From: Clostridia bacterium
GTDB lineage: Bacteria > Bacillota > Clostridia > Oscillospirales > Acutalibacteraceae
Assembly: GCA_017524165.1 (NCBI GenBank)
Contig: JAFWUH010000048.1
Span: 4,359 to 68,358, forward strand
DNA length: 64,000 nucleotides
Direction of reading: 5' to 3'
Under the pieces are notes generated by a model. It did no database searches. It had not been told where the DNA came from and saw only the letters and a list, made by a program, of their open reading frames with translations. The number at the start of each line of letters is the position of its first letter. Positions within the stretch are counted from its first letter, which is position 1. A program made the translations under genes and the position numbers. Positions 38,218-46,441 of the stretch are shown here, piece after piece.

Positions 38218-40383
38218 CTATAGTCTGAATGTAATTTCGTTGTAAATGTTGCTGAACATGGATATCATTTGACCGATCAAGTTGACAAACAACATCATTA
38301 AGAAGACAATGATGATCATGCCAACCAGGGTCAATGCCACGGTGATCACATTCGTGCCGAATTGATAGTCGTGTGTGGAAAGAACGGCACAGAATAACAG
38401 GAACGCCGCCCACAAATAACCTACCGTAAAGAAAAAGTTCACAAACATCAATTCGTTATGTGTTACAAAGTTACTGAGTATCGTGGCAGGGATCGTGAAG
38501 AAGACGATCGGCATCAATGCGTAGCAAGAGGCAATATAAATATCCTTCAAACCGCCTTCGCCGTACATCAAGCTGGTTAAGCACCAGTTGGAAATGCACC
38601 AGATTGCCACAACGCCCAGGATCACAACCAAAGTCAAAAATAAATTGGAATCATTTTCCGGTTGACCGGTATAAATATAACCCAGTCCGACTGTACGGAA
38701 CAACAGCGAAACAATCACCAAAGCAAGAATCGTGTTTGCGCCGCGAATACTGCCGCGTTTGGATCGCTTTAATTCCCAGAAGCCGTCAAACGGATGGAAA
38801 ATCACATGGAATACATACATAAACTCCTGTGCAAAGGTGCGTTTGGCATCCCGTTGCATCGGTGTTTTTTTATTGAATTTATTTGCAAACTTAAAGAATG
38901 AGCTGACACCGAAGCAGATCAACACGATTACGATCGGGATCAATAAGATCCAGTTGCCCAAAAGCTGCCGACGGTATTCGGAATAAGCCAAAGAGTAGTT
39001 TTCCACATCGTTGGCAAGCTTGTAGTAATACATGGCTTCCTTGTACTTGCCTTGACGCACCATTGCGGTACCGATGCCGACATTGGCAAGGTCAAAGTTT
39101 GCGTTTTCTAAGAGGATTTGCTCATAAACGGGAACTACTTCCTCGTATTTCCGGTTATCAGACAACCGAATGGCTTCCTGTACCAGACTGCCGTAGCCGG
39201 TCGGAGAGAAGACCGTGATTTTTCCGGAGTTGGCGTCTAATGCAATCAGATTTTTTTCGGCGTCATATTCTACTGCGGCAAGTTGACGGAAGGTACCCAT
39301 TTGGTATCCCGAGCCGCCAAAAGCATAGAGCAGATTGCCGTTACTGTCATAGGTAAACAGCTTTCCGCGCTTCTGATCGGCAAGCGTATAAACCCCGTTG
39401 GGTCCGACCGCGACATCCACGATGCTGGACGGACCGTAAAAAATGTCGGTGTTGGTAGCATTTCCGTCGGTCGATAATGAAATTTCAACATCACCGGCAG
39501 GCGGATAGGCACCGCCGCGCACCAAAACATCTTTACCGCTGGAATTCAATTTTTTGATCATCGCATAGCGGTTATCGGTACTTCTGGAAGCAATGGTTTG
39601 AACGACCGCATTAATATTGGAATAGGTCGCTGTTACATATAAAAATCCTTTTTCATCAATGGTGATGTTGTTGTAGTTCGTCGGAACATAACTTAAGGTA
39701 CGCTTTTTCTGTTCTTTGGTCAAAAATTTACGCCAAAGTTTATCAATGACCGAAACCGTAACCTTCTGTGCACCGATAAAGGTGGAGAAATTTCCTTTGT
39801 CATCTAAAGCAACCACACCGTAGGTATTACCGGCTGAAACAATATAAACTCTGCCGGCACGGTCGACCGAAATCTTGATCGGAATATAGGAAAAATCCTC
39901 CGGCAACAGACTGGATTCCGGCTTTTTGATCACGCGGACACAGGTCAAATCCTTGGAAAAAACATAAATGTTGATGCCGGTCGAATCGGCAACATAAAGC
40001 GTGTCATCCTCGGTCATAAACAGTCCCGTCGGACGGGTCAACGCATAATCGACGCCGTCCAAAGAAAATTGTGTAAGCACACGGACCGAAGACAAATCTT
40101 TACTGATCACGACAACCCTTGCATTACCGGTATCGGCAACATAGATATTGCCTTCACTGTCTAAACAAAGGTCTTCCGCCGATGTAAATTGATTCAGCCC
40201 GAAGTCCCCCGCGGCAATCACCTTATTCGGCGTGTAGGCATGCGGTGATTCCACCGGATCGCCGTCAAAATTATAGACATAGGTCGAATAAGGAACATTA
40301 TCCGAAGCAGAGGCCGTTAAGGTCAATGACAGAATGAATGTCAAAGCCAAAATAAATGCTGAAAGTTTTTTGATGATTTTCAC
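38218..40383 (-). CDS. Membrane protein: signal peptide, NHL-repeat beta-propeller, TPR-like segment, C-terminal Yip1-type multi-TM domain
   Basis: GTG start. NHL-like blades GNIYVADTGNARVVVI, TLYVADSTGINIYVF, GRVYIVSAGNTYGVVALD, GFLYVTAT, GVYTLADQKRGKLFTYD, NLIALDANSGKITVF. TPR-like MVRQGKYKEAMYYYKLA. One TM (aa 478-497) then about 5 TM segments in aa 520-721. Confidence 0.7.
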   Translation of the reverse strand: MKIIKKLSAFILALTFILSLTLTASASDNVPYSTYVYNFDGDPVESPHAYTPNKVIAAGDFGLNQFTSAEDLCLDSEGNIYVADTGNARVVVISKDLSSVRVLTQFSLDGVDYALTRPTGLFMTEDDTLYVADSTGINIYVFSKDLTCVRVIKKPESSLLPEDFSYIPIKISVDRAGRVYIVSAGNTYGVVALDDKGNFSTFIGAQKVTVSVIDKLWRKFLTKEQKKRTLSYVPTNYNNITIDEKGFLYVTATYSNINAVVQTIASRSTDNRYAMIKKLNSSGKDVLVRGGAYPPAGDVEISLSTDGNATNTDIFYGPSSIVDVAVGPNGVYTLADQKRGKLFTYDSNGNLLYAFGGSGYQMGTFRQLAAVEYDAEKNLIALDANSGKITVFSPTGYGSLVQEAIRLSDNRKYEEVVPVYEQILLENANFDLANVGIGTAMVRQGKYKEAMYYYKLANDVENYSLAYSEYRRQLLGNWILLIPIVIVLICFGVSSFFKFANKFNKKTPMQRDAKRTFAQEFMYVFHVIFHPFDGFWELKRSKRGSIRGANTILALVIVSLLFRTVGLGYIYTGQPENDSNLFLTLVVILGVVAIWCISNWCLTSLMYGEGGLKDIYIASCYALMPIVFFTIPATILSNFVTHNELMFVNFFFTVGYLWAAFLLFCAVLSTHDYQFGTNVITVALTLVGMIIIVFLMMLFVNLIGQMISMFSNIYNEITFRL

Positions 40384-40405
40384 ATTCTCCCTCTTTTCCT
40401 TCTGT

Positions 40406-41272
40406 CTAATCTTTCATGCCCGAAGTAGCGAGTGTTTCCACGATCTGAGATTGCGTAAATACGAACAAAATGATCGGTACCATCATCATCAAGACCGTCG
40501 CCGCCGCAGAAGCGCCCACACGGGTAACACCGCCTGCCAAAACCTGATGCAACGCATAGTTCAACGGTTTCAAATCCTCACGGTAAATATAGTTGGTATC
40601 GCTTAAATTCCACAGTCCCTGGAAAGAGAATATAATCAAGGTCAACCATGCGGGGCGAACCATCGGCATAACAATGGTGAAAAAGATGCGATATTCATTT
40701 GCACCCTCGATTCGTGCCGCTTCCAAAATACCGTCGGGAACCATTTGCTCGACGAACTGTTTCATCAAATACAGTCCCAAGGAAGAACCGAATGCCGGCA
40801 CCACCAACGCCGCCAACGAATCGATCCATCCGATTTTCGACATGATAATAAAGTTCGGAATAGCCGTAACGGTGGTATTGAACATTAAGGAAAGGACAAC
40901 CAAATTGAAAATGAAGTTTTTCCCGCGGAATTTGAATTTACAAATTGCATAGGCGCACATGGAAGACAAAACCACATGACCGCCGGTACCGACAATCGAC
41001 ACAAACAAGGTATTGCCGACATAGCGGGAAAACGGAATCAACGAGTCATCCAAAATGGAAAACAAATCTTTAAAGTTTTTAAAGGTGGGATTTGCCGCAA
41101 AAAAGCGCGGCGGGTAAACCCATAATTCATCGGCCGGTTTTAACGAAGTGGAAATGGCGTAAATCATCGGCAACGCCATAAAAGAGCCGAAGAGGAAGAG
41201 AAACAGCGCAATGCAGATATCTCCGCCCAAAGAACGGTTTAAACGGTGAGTATGTAATTTCATTTTTTTCAT
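40406..41272 (-). CDS. Carbohydrate ABC transporter permease (MalG-like)
   Basis: EAA loop LEAARIEGANEYRIFFTIVMPMVRP, multi-TM. Confidence 0.85.
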   Translation of the reverse strand: MKKMKLHTHRLNRSLGGDICIALFLFLFGSFMALPMIYAISTSLKPADELWVYPPRFFAANPTFKNFKDLFSILDDSLIPFSRYVGNTLFVSIVGTGGHVVLSSMCAYAICKFKFRGKNFIFNLVVLSLMFNTTVTAIPNFIIMSKIGWIDSLAALVVPAFGSSLGLYLMKQFVEQMVPDGILEAARIEGANEYRIFFTIVMPMVRPAWLTLIIFSFQGLWNLSDTNYIYREDLKPLNYALHQVLAGGVTRVGASAAATVLMMMVPIILFVFTQSQIVETLATSGMKD

Positions 41273-41273
41273 C

Positions 41274-42170
41274 TTACGAACCCACCTTTGAAATAATTTT
41301 ACGAATAACCATGTTGCTTAATACCATGATGATAAACAGCACGGTTGCAATGGCGGAAGCATAACCCAATTCGTATTTGGTATTACCGTAATCCTGCAAG
41401 TGGTTGAGGATGGTATGCGCCGCATAGTTGGTGGACGGGAATCCGCACAACTGCGTGACAATGGTGCCGACGCCGAACGCCGCGGTAATACTCAAAACCG
41501 CACTCAAGAGCATCTGCGGACGCATAAGCGGCATCGTCACATACCAAAGCTCCTGCCAACGGTTGGTCACACCGTCAATAGCGCTGGCTTCGTAATAGGA
41601 TTTATCGACGCCTTGGAAACCGGCGATAAAGGTCAGAAAGCTGGTTCCCAAGCTACTCCATAAGGAAACGATGGCGACGATGGTCAAAATATACTTTTCA
41701 TCCTTCAACCAAATAATCGGACTGGAGATAAAGCCCATATTCATCAGGAAACCGTTCAAATAACCGTAGGCGTCACCGCTGAATACAGCTCTCCAAACCA
41801 GGTACATGTTACCCGAAATAGACGGCGCATAGAAAATCAAGGTGACAATGGCTCTGCCTACGGGTTTTAACTCGTTGATAAACCACGCAAACAAAAGGCA
41901 AAGCAGATAACCGATCGGTCCTGTTATCAATGCCAGAATAAAGGTATTGCCGATAGATTTAATAAAGATATCATCCTGCAAGAACAAGCGCGTATAGTTG
42001 GATAATCCGATAAATCCGGGCATTTCCAACATATTGAAGTCGGTAAAACTCAATAAAATCGAAATCAAAACCGGCAGAACGGTAAAGACACAAAAAATGG
42101 AAAAATACGGCAAAACAAAGGTCCACGCAACAATGCCGTGATGATTAAATTTGCTTTTATTTTTACGCAT
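41274..42170 (-). CDS. Carbohydrate ABC transporter permease (MalF-like)
   Basis: EAA loop YEASAIDGVTNRWQELWYVTMPLMRP, multi-TM. AAGGAG SD. Confidence 0.85.
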   Translation of the reverse strand: MRKNKSKFNHHGIVAWTFVLPYFSIFCVFTVLPVLISILLSFTDFNMLEMPGFIGLSNYTRLFLQDDIFIKSIGNTFILALITGPIGYLLCLLFAWFINELKPVGRAIVTLIFYAPSISGNMYLVWRAVFSGDAYGYLNGFLMNMGFISSPIIWLKDEKYILTIVAIVSLWSSLGTSFLTFIAGFQGVDKSYYEASAIDGVTNRWQELWYVTMPLMRPQMLLSAVLSITAAFGVGTIVTQLCGFPSTNYAAHTILNHLQDYGNTKYELGYASAIATVLFIIMVLSNMVIRKIISKVGS

Positions 42171-42182
42171 TTATTTCACTCC

Positions 42183-45056
42183 TTACCTATCAAATCCGAA
42201 TTCTTTGCGCTTTCTGGTGATTTCCTGGTTGATCATCTCAACCTGGGTCATCAAAGCGGCAGAGGGTTCCTTGCCGTCGGCATAAACAGAGGCAAACGCA
42301 AAGTCGATCGCACGCGCCGTGTAGTAACCGCCCGGAATTTCCGGTGTTCCTTGCAGGGCTGCAATTTGCTTCTGCAATGCAGTGTACTCATCGTTGGTCC
42401 AGGACATACTGCCCATTGCATTCAGGTTGGCAGTCGCTTGTTTTGCCGCCGCGCCCAAAACGCTTTCAACTTCTACCGCATAACGGCTTTGTGTAGCATC
42501 CGAAGTGACCCAACGGATGAATTCCCAAGACTTTTTACGGTCTTTCGCATCCTTCAGCATCATGATGCCGGTGCTGGCAGCCGGAGAAGTATAGTTGATT
42601 GAACCATCCGGTTGACGGGTGCCGGGCACCGGTTCCATTTTCCAAAGTCCCTTGATTTCGGAGGCAAAAATCGTCAACTGGTTGTAGGTCGGATACTCAA
42701 CAATGCCCAGCGGCATTTCCCCGCTTCTGAAACGGTTGGCAAAGTCATAGTCTACCGGGAAACGGTACAAGGTAAAGAGCTCCGACATTTTTTCAAAGCA
42801 TTCCACATTCAAATCCTGCGACATCGCGCTGGCGGTCAATTCTTTATTATAAACGGTGCCGCCCTGCTGATACAGGAACAGTTCCAATCCATACAGATTC
42901 AGGTTGGAAACAACTGCCGTTTTGGCATTGATCGGGAAACCGATATCCAACTTCTGCTGTTGCAGTTCCCAGGTGACTTCATAAAACTCGTCCCAGGTTT
43001 TGGGTGCTTTCAAATTCAGTTCCTCAAAAATATCGGTACGGTAGAACATCATTAAGAAAGACATGGTCTCCGGAATGGCGTAAACACTGTTATTAAAGGT
43101 AAAGGGTTCCATTGCAGCGGGATGGAATCGGCCGACAACCTCGTCAAAGCCCTCCATCTTGCTCAAGTCGACCGCCGCGGAACGAATCGCAAAGTCGATC
43201 GGGATGTGGGAAGCCAAATTCATTGCAACATCCGGACCCGTACCGGCTAACGCCGACGGCAACAGCGCCGTTGCGGCAACCAACAACACATTTACTTTAA
43301 TGCCGGTTTCCGGCGTAAAGGATTGTTCGGTCAACTTCTGCATGATCTGACTTTGTTCACGACCGTTGATCATCCAAACGGTTACGACATTATTGTTCGC
43401 GTAATCTTCCTCGGAGATCTCGGTAGCAAATGATTGATAATCAGCAAAATAACTTAAGACAAAAACCTTGATTTTAAACCACAGATTGCGGAAGAAAGAA
43501 TCCCCTGCATGCGGCACTTTACTTCCCTGCGGCACAAAATAAATTCGGTCGATATCCATCGGCTGAATCATGATGCCTTGTAGCCAGGTGCCCAACGCCG
43601 AGAGGTTATCTTTATAGGTAGAGAACAATTCGGAAATCAATTCCGGATCTTTTTCGATCTGTTTGAGAATAATGATAATTTTTCCGATGGTGTTGGTAAA
43701 ATCACCCTTGACATCGGTTAAAGCTTGCAATCTGTCAATTGCATTTTGAAGTTCGGTCGCCTGTTTTTGGAAATCCTTTAAAACATCCGGGATCAACTTT
43801 TCAAAACCGTAATCACGGTAAATATCCGGGTCGGGTCCCGTGATCATCAAAATTCGACGGTAGTCGATATTTAAGGAAGCAAGCGATTTCTGAACCTTTT
43901 CGATCACTTCTGCCATATCGCCCAAGACAATTTCCATTTTGACGGTATGTTTTCCTTTTTCCAAATAGAAAAGATACGGTTTGTCTTCTTCGCCGATCGG
44001 CTGAACCGTCCAGGAGTTTGCATATTTAAAACGCAGTCTGGAGGCTTCCTCAAACGGACAAACATCGTCAATATAAAGCTTTCTCGAAACAAAACCGCCA
44101 TCGTAAGAATCCTGCTTGAAACGCGGTGCAATTTCGTATGTACCGGTTTCCGGAACATCCACTTCCCAGGTGATCCACTGTCCGACCGCAGACCATTTGT
44201 CGCCGCTGATCACATTGAGTCGGTTTTGCAACGGATCTTGCGGATAGGTTGCAGAGGAACTTCTGTCGGTCGTCGGATAAATCGTAAAGGACGATTTTTC
44301 AACGGCGTCTTCCGCTTCGACCGTAAGGATCTCTTTGCCGGATCCTGCAGCGGGATGTTGCTTTTGATAGTCCGCGTAGGAAATCAGCGTTTCTTCCGGG
44401 AAAAACCGCAGTTGGCAGACTTCCAACAATTCCTTATTGGCTTCTAAAGAAACTGTATGTGTTCCCTCGCTGAGATAAATACCCAAATTGCCCGAAACAT
44501 AACTGTTTGCATCATGTAAGTAATAGTTTAATCTTCTCGGCTTTTCTATTTGTTCCGGCATGACATCATTGCCGCGGGAATCAACCTTGATCTCGCCATC
44601 CTCAAACACGCGGGAAAACTCGATGAACCGCGCTTCATCAAACGGAACCGCACCGTCAATAGACAAGGTTCTCTCGATCGCGCCGTTTTTGGACGGTGTC
44701 GGGAAGTATTCTATCTCCAGCTGATAATAACCGGCTGAAGGCACCGAAAACTGCCAAGTAACCGTGCTGTCACTGCCGGTCTGCACCGTGCCGTCGGCGC
44801 TACCTGTAACCGTGCCGGTCGACGCGATGAAACTGCCGCCGGGGATGATGATTTCACCTTGAGCCGCCGGCTTCTCCCCAATTGTCGCACGATAATTGGT
44901 ATAGTCAAATTCCCGGCTTTCAGCAATCCCGGTTACATCTATACCGGTACTTTCCCCTGTCGGCTCATCTGCCAACGCCGGCATACAGGAAATGCTCATC
45001 ACCATTGCAAGACTTAACGCAAACAGTCGAATCCCATGGTTTTTCCCTGTTTTCAT
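42183..45056 (-). CDS. 957-aa extracellular solute-binding protein with two N-terminal CBM6/35-like beta-sandwich domains
   Basis: Start moved to the second ATG (45056; GGAGG with a 7-nt spacer) because the first ATG is only 1 nt from the SD. Signal peptide MKTGKNHGIRLFALSLAMVMSISCMPALA. Two units with W-x-[FV]-x-VP-x-[AT]G-x-Y-[QE]-[LI] and R-x-L-x-ID-[GD]. The C-terminal half is a family-1 SBP (paralog of 1..2461). Confidence 0.8.
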   Translation of the reverse strand: MKTGKNHGIRLFALSLAMVMSISCMPALADEPTGESTGIDVTGIAESREFDYTNYRATIGEKPAAQGEIIIPGGSFIASTGTVTGSADGTVQTGSDSTVTWQFSVPSAGYYQLEIEYFPTPSKNGAIERTLSIDGAVPFDEARFIEFSRVFEDGEIKVDSRGNDVMPEQIEKPRRLNYYLHDANSYVSGNLGIYLSEGTHTVSLEANKELLEVCQLRFFPEETLISYADYQKQHPAAGSGKEILTVEAEDAVEKSSFTIYPTTDRSSSATYPQDPLQNRLNVISGDKWSAVGQWITWEVDVPETGTYEIAPRFKQDSYDGGFVSRKLYIDDVCPFEEASRLRFKYANSWTVQPIGEEDKPYLFYLEKGKHTVKMEIVLGDMAEVIEKVQKSLASLNIDYRRILMITGPDPDIYRDYGFEKLIPDVLKDFQKQATELQNAIDRLQALTDVKGDFTNTIGKIIIILKQIEKDPELISELFSTYKDNLSALGTWLQGIMIQPMDIDRIYFVPQGSKVPHAGDSFFRNLWFKIKVFVLSYFADYQSFATEISEEDYANNNVVTVWMINGREQSQIMQKLTEQSFTPETGIKVNVLLVAATALLPSALAGTGPDVAMNLASHIPIDFAIRSAAVDLSKMEGFDEVVGRFHPAAMEPFTFNNSVYAIPETMSFLMMFYRTDIFEELNLKAPKTWDEFYEVTWELQQQKLDIGFPINAKTAVVSNLNLYGLELFLYQQGGTVYNKELTASAMSQDLNVECFEKMSELFTLYRFPVDYDFANRFRSGEMPLGIVEYPTYNQLTIFASEIKGLWKMEPVPGTRQPDGSINYTSPAASTGIMMLKDAKDRKKSWEFIRWVTSDATQSRYAVEVESVLGAAAKQATANLNAMGSMSWTNDEYTALQKQIAALQGTPEIPGGYYTARAIDFAFASVYADGKEPSAALMTQVEMINQEITRKRKEFGFDR

Positions 45057-45071
45057 TGTCATGCCTCCTAT

Positions 45072-45083
45072 TTTGTATTATTA
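45072..45083 (+). promoter_or_regulatory. Copy of shared element (TTTGTATTATTa, 11/12) in the operon A leader
   Basis: Read directly from the sequence. Lies between the predicted operon A promoter and the SBP start codon. Confidence 0.4.
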
Positions 45084-45144
45084 TTGATATTATTTTTTTA
45101 TTATGCAAATAAAGTATACCATGTTTCAATAAAAATTTCAACAT

Positions 45145-45174
45145 ATTATACGAAATATTTTTAAAAAAAAGCAA
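45145..45174 (-). promoter_or_regulatory. Candidate sigma-A promoter of operon A
   Basis: Minus strand reads TTGCTT (45174-45169), 18-nt spacer containing a T run, TATAAT (45150-45145). Confidence 0.5.
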
Positions 45175-45196
45175 TAGTTTTTTAAAAATTTTGTTT

Positions 45197-45208
45197 TTTG
45201 TATTATTT
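45197..45208 (+). promoter_or_regulatory. Copy of shared element TTTGTATTATTT (exact)
   Basis: Lies between the divergent -35 boxes of operon A and the regulator gene. Confidence 0.45.
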
Positions 45209-45243
45209 TTTTGTTTTTTTGTAACAAATATTTTTTCGACTCA

Positions 45244-45272
45244 TTGACAAATCATTTAAAAAATTGTATTAT
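45244..45272 (+). promoter_or_regulatory. Candidate sigma-A promoter of the regulator gene
   Basis: TTGACA (45244-45249), 17-nt spacer, TATTAT (45267-45272). The -10 overlaps aTTGTATTAT (45263-45272), a 9/12 copy of the shared element. Confidence 0.55.
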
Positions 45273-45331
45273 ATAAATGTAATCCATCTTAAAGAGGAGG
45301 GAGAATCGGCGTTACGCCGTTTAAAATTACC

Positions 45332-46417
45332 ATGCCTTATACCGGAAAAAAACTCGCCATCGTGCAAACATATCTTTTAGATTATATTCGCGCCCATTCA
45401 TTGACTGTCGGCGCTAAACTTCCTACCGAGAAAGAAATGATGGAACATACCGGCGTCAGCCGAGTCACGCTTCGCCGTTCGTTGGCAAATATGCAGGATG
45501 AAAAACTGATTTACAGTGTTCAAGGTTCCGGCTACTTTGTCGGTGACGGTTGCGATGCGTTGCGCGTCGATACCATCCCGTTGATCATTTCCTATAATCA
45601 TGAAAACTCAAAAATCCTGAACATTGTTCATGGGGCACAATCCTATCTGGAAAAGCACCATTGTCAATTGGATCTTCGCATTTCCAAGAAAAATTCCGAA
45701 ATTGAGAAGCAGACGCTCGAACAGCTTTATCAGGAAGGGTACCGCTGTGCGATCGTTTTTCCGGTTTCCAGTGAAGAAAATGCGGACTTTTACTTTGAGA
45801 TGATACAAAAGGGGATGCACCTTGTCTTTATTGACCGTAAACCGAAAGGACTTTCCTGCTGTAATCTGGTAACTTGCGATAACATGACCGGCGGATACCT
45901 TGCAACAAAACACTTGATCGAACAAGGACACCGCAACATTGTTGCTTTCGGCTTAGAACCGTTGGAACATATCTCCGCCGTTTCGGAACGGTATGCCGGT
46001 TATCGCCGCGCTCTGAAAGAACACGGTATACCCGAACCGCCAAAAAGTTATTACTACGCACAATACCGTAAATATAATGAAGATATTGAAGCAATTCTGA
46101 ATCCTGAAAACAGGATCACCGCTGTGTTTGCCATCAATGATCATGCAGCGGTTGATATTGCCACGCACGCCTACGAACACGGTCTGAAGGTGCCCGACAG
46201 CTTAGCTGTTATCGGTTTTGATAACCTCGATATCACAGCAGTTTTTTCTCCGCATCTTTCGACCATTGACCAACCATTTACGCAATTAGGTGAAGTTTCG
46301 GCGAAGCTTGCCTACAAAATTTTGACCCATGCCGTTCAGGGATTTACCCAACGCGTGTTACCCGTTAAATTGATTATCCGTGAGTCAACACAGAGAAAAT
46401 TTTCGCTTTTCCGTTAA
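45332..46417 (+). CDS. AraR-like transcriptional regulator: GntR-type winged HTH fused to a LacI/PBP1-type sugar-binding domain
   Basis: N-terminus LPTEKEMMEHTGVSRVTLRRSLANMQDEKLIYSVQGSGYFV (GntR wHTH). C-terminal part AVFAINDHAAVDIATHA...LAVIGFDN (LacI-family effector domain). Divergent from operon A. Confidence 0.8.
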   Translation: MPYTGKKLAIVQTYLLDYIRAHSLTVGAKLPTEKEMMEHTGVSRVTLRRSLANMQDEKLIYSVQGSGYFVGDGCDALRVDTIPLIISYNHENSKILNIVHGAQSYLEKHHCQLDLRISKKNSEIEKQTLEQLYQEGYRCAIVFPVSSEENADFYFEMIQKGMHLVFIDRKPKGLSCCNLVTCDNMTGGYLATKHLIEQGHRNIVAFGLEPLEHISAVSERYAGYRRALKEHGIPEPPKSYYYAQYRKYNEDIEAILNPENRITAVFAINDHAAVDIATHAYEHGLKVPDSLAVIGFDNLDITAVFSPHLSTIDQPFTQLGEVSAKLAYKILTHAVQGFTQRVLPVKLIIRESTQRKFSLFR

Positions 46418-46441
46418 ACCGATCTCGAACATTAAAAGCCA

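Noticed and set aside
45080-45111. A second possible operon A promoter (TTGCAT-17-AATAAT) close to the SBP start.
   Set aside because: The -10 box lacks the conserved first T and would leave a leader of only about 20 nt. The upstream TTGCTT-18-TATAAT candidate is stronger. It cannot be excluded without 5' mapping.
45218-45228. Inverted repeat TTTGT-A-ACAAA (GntR-like GT-N-AC core) considered as the regulator operator.
   Set aside because: The arms are only 5 bp in a very AT-rich region, and the repeat is not found in the operon B control region. The TTTGTATTATTT element is much better supported. I keep it only as a weak alternative.
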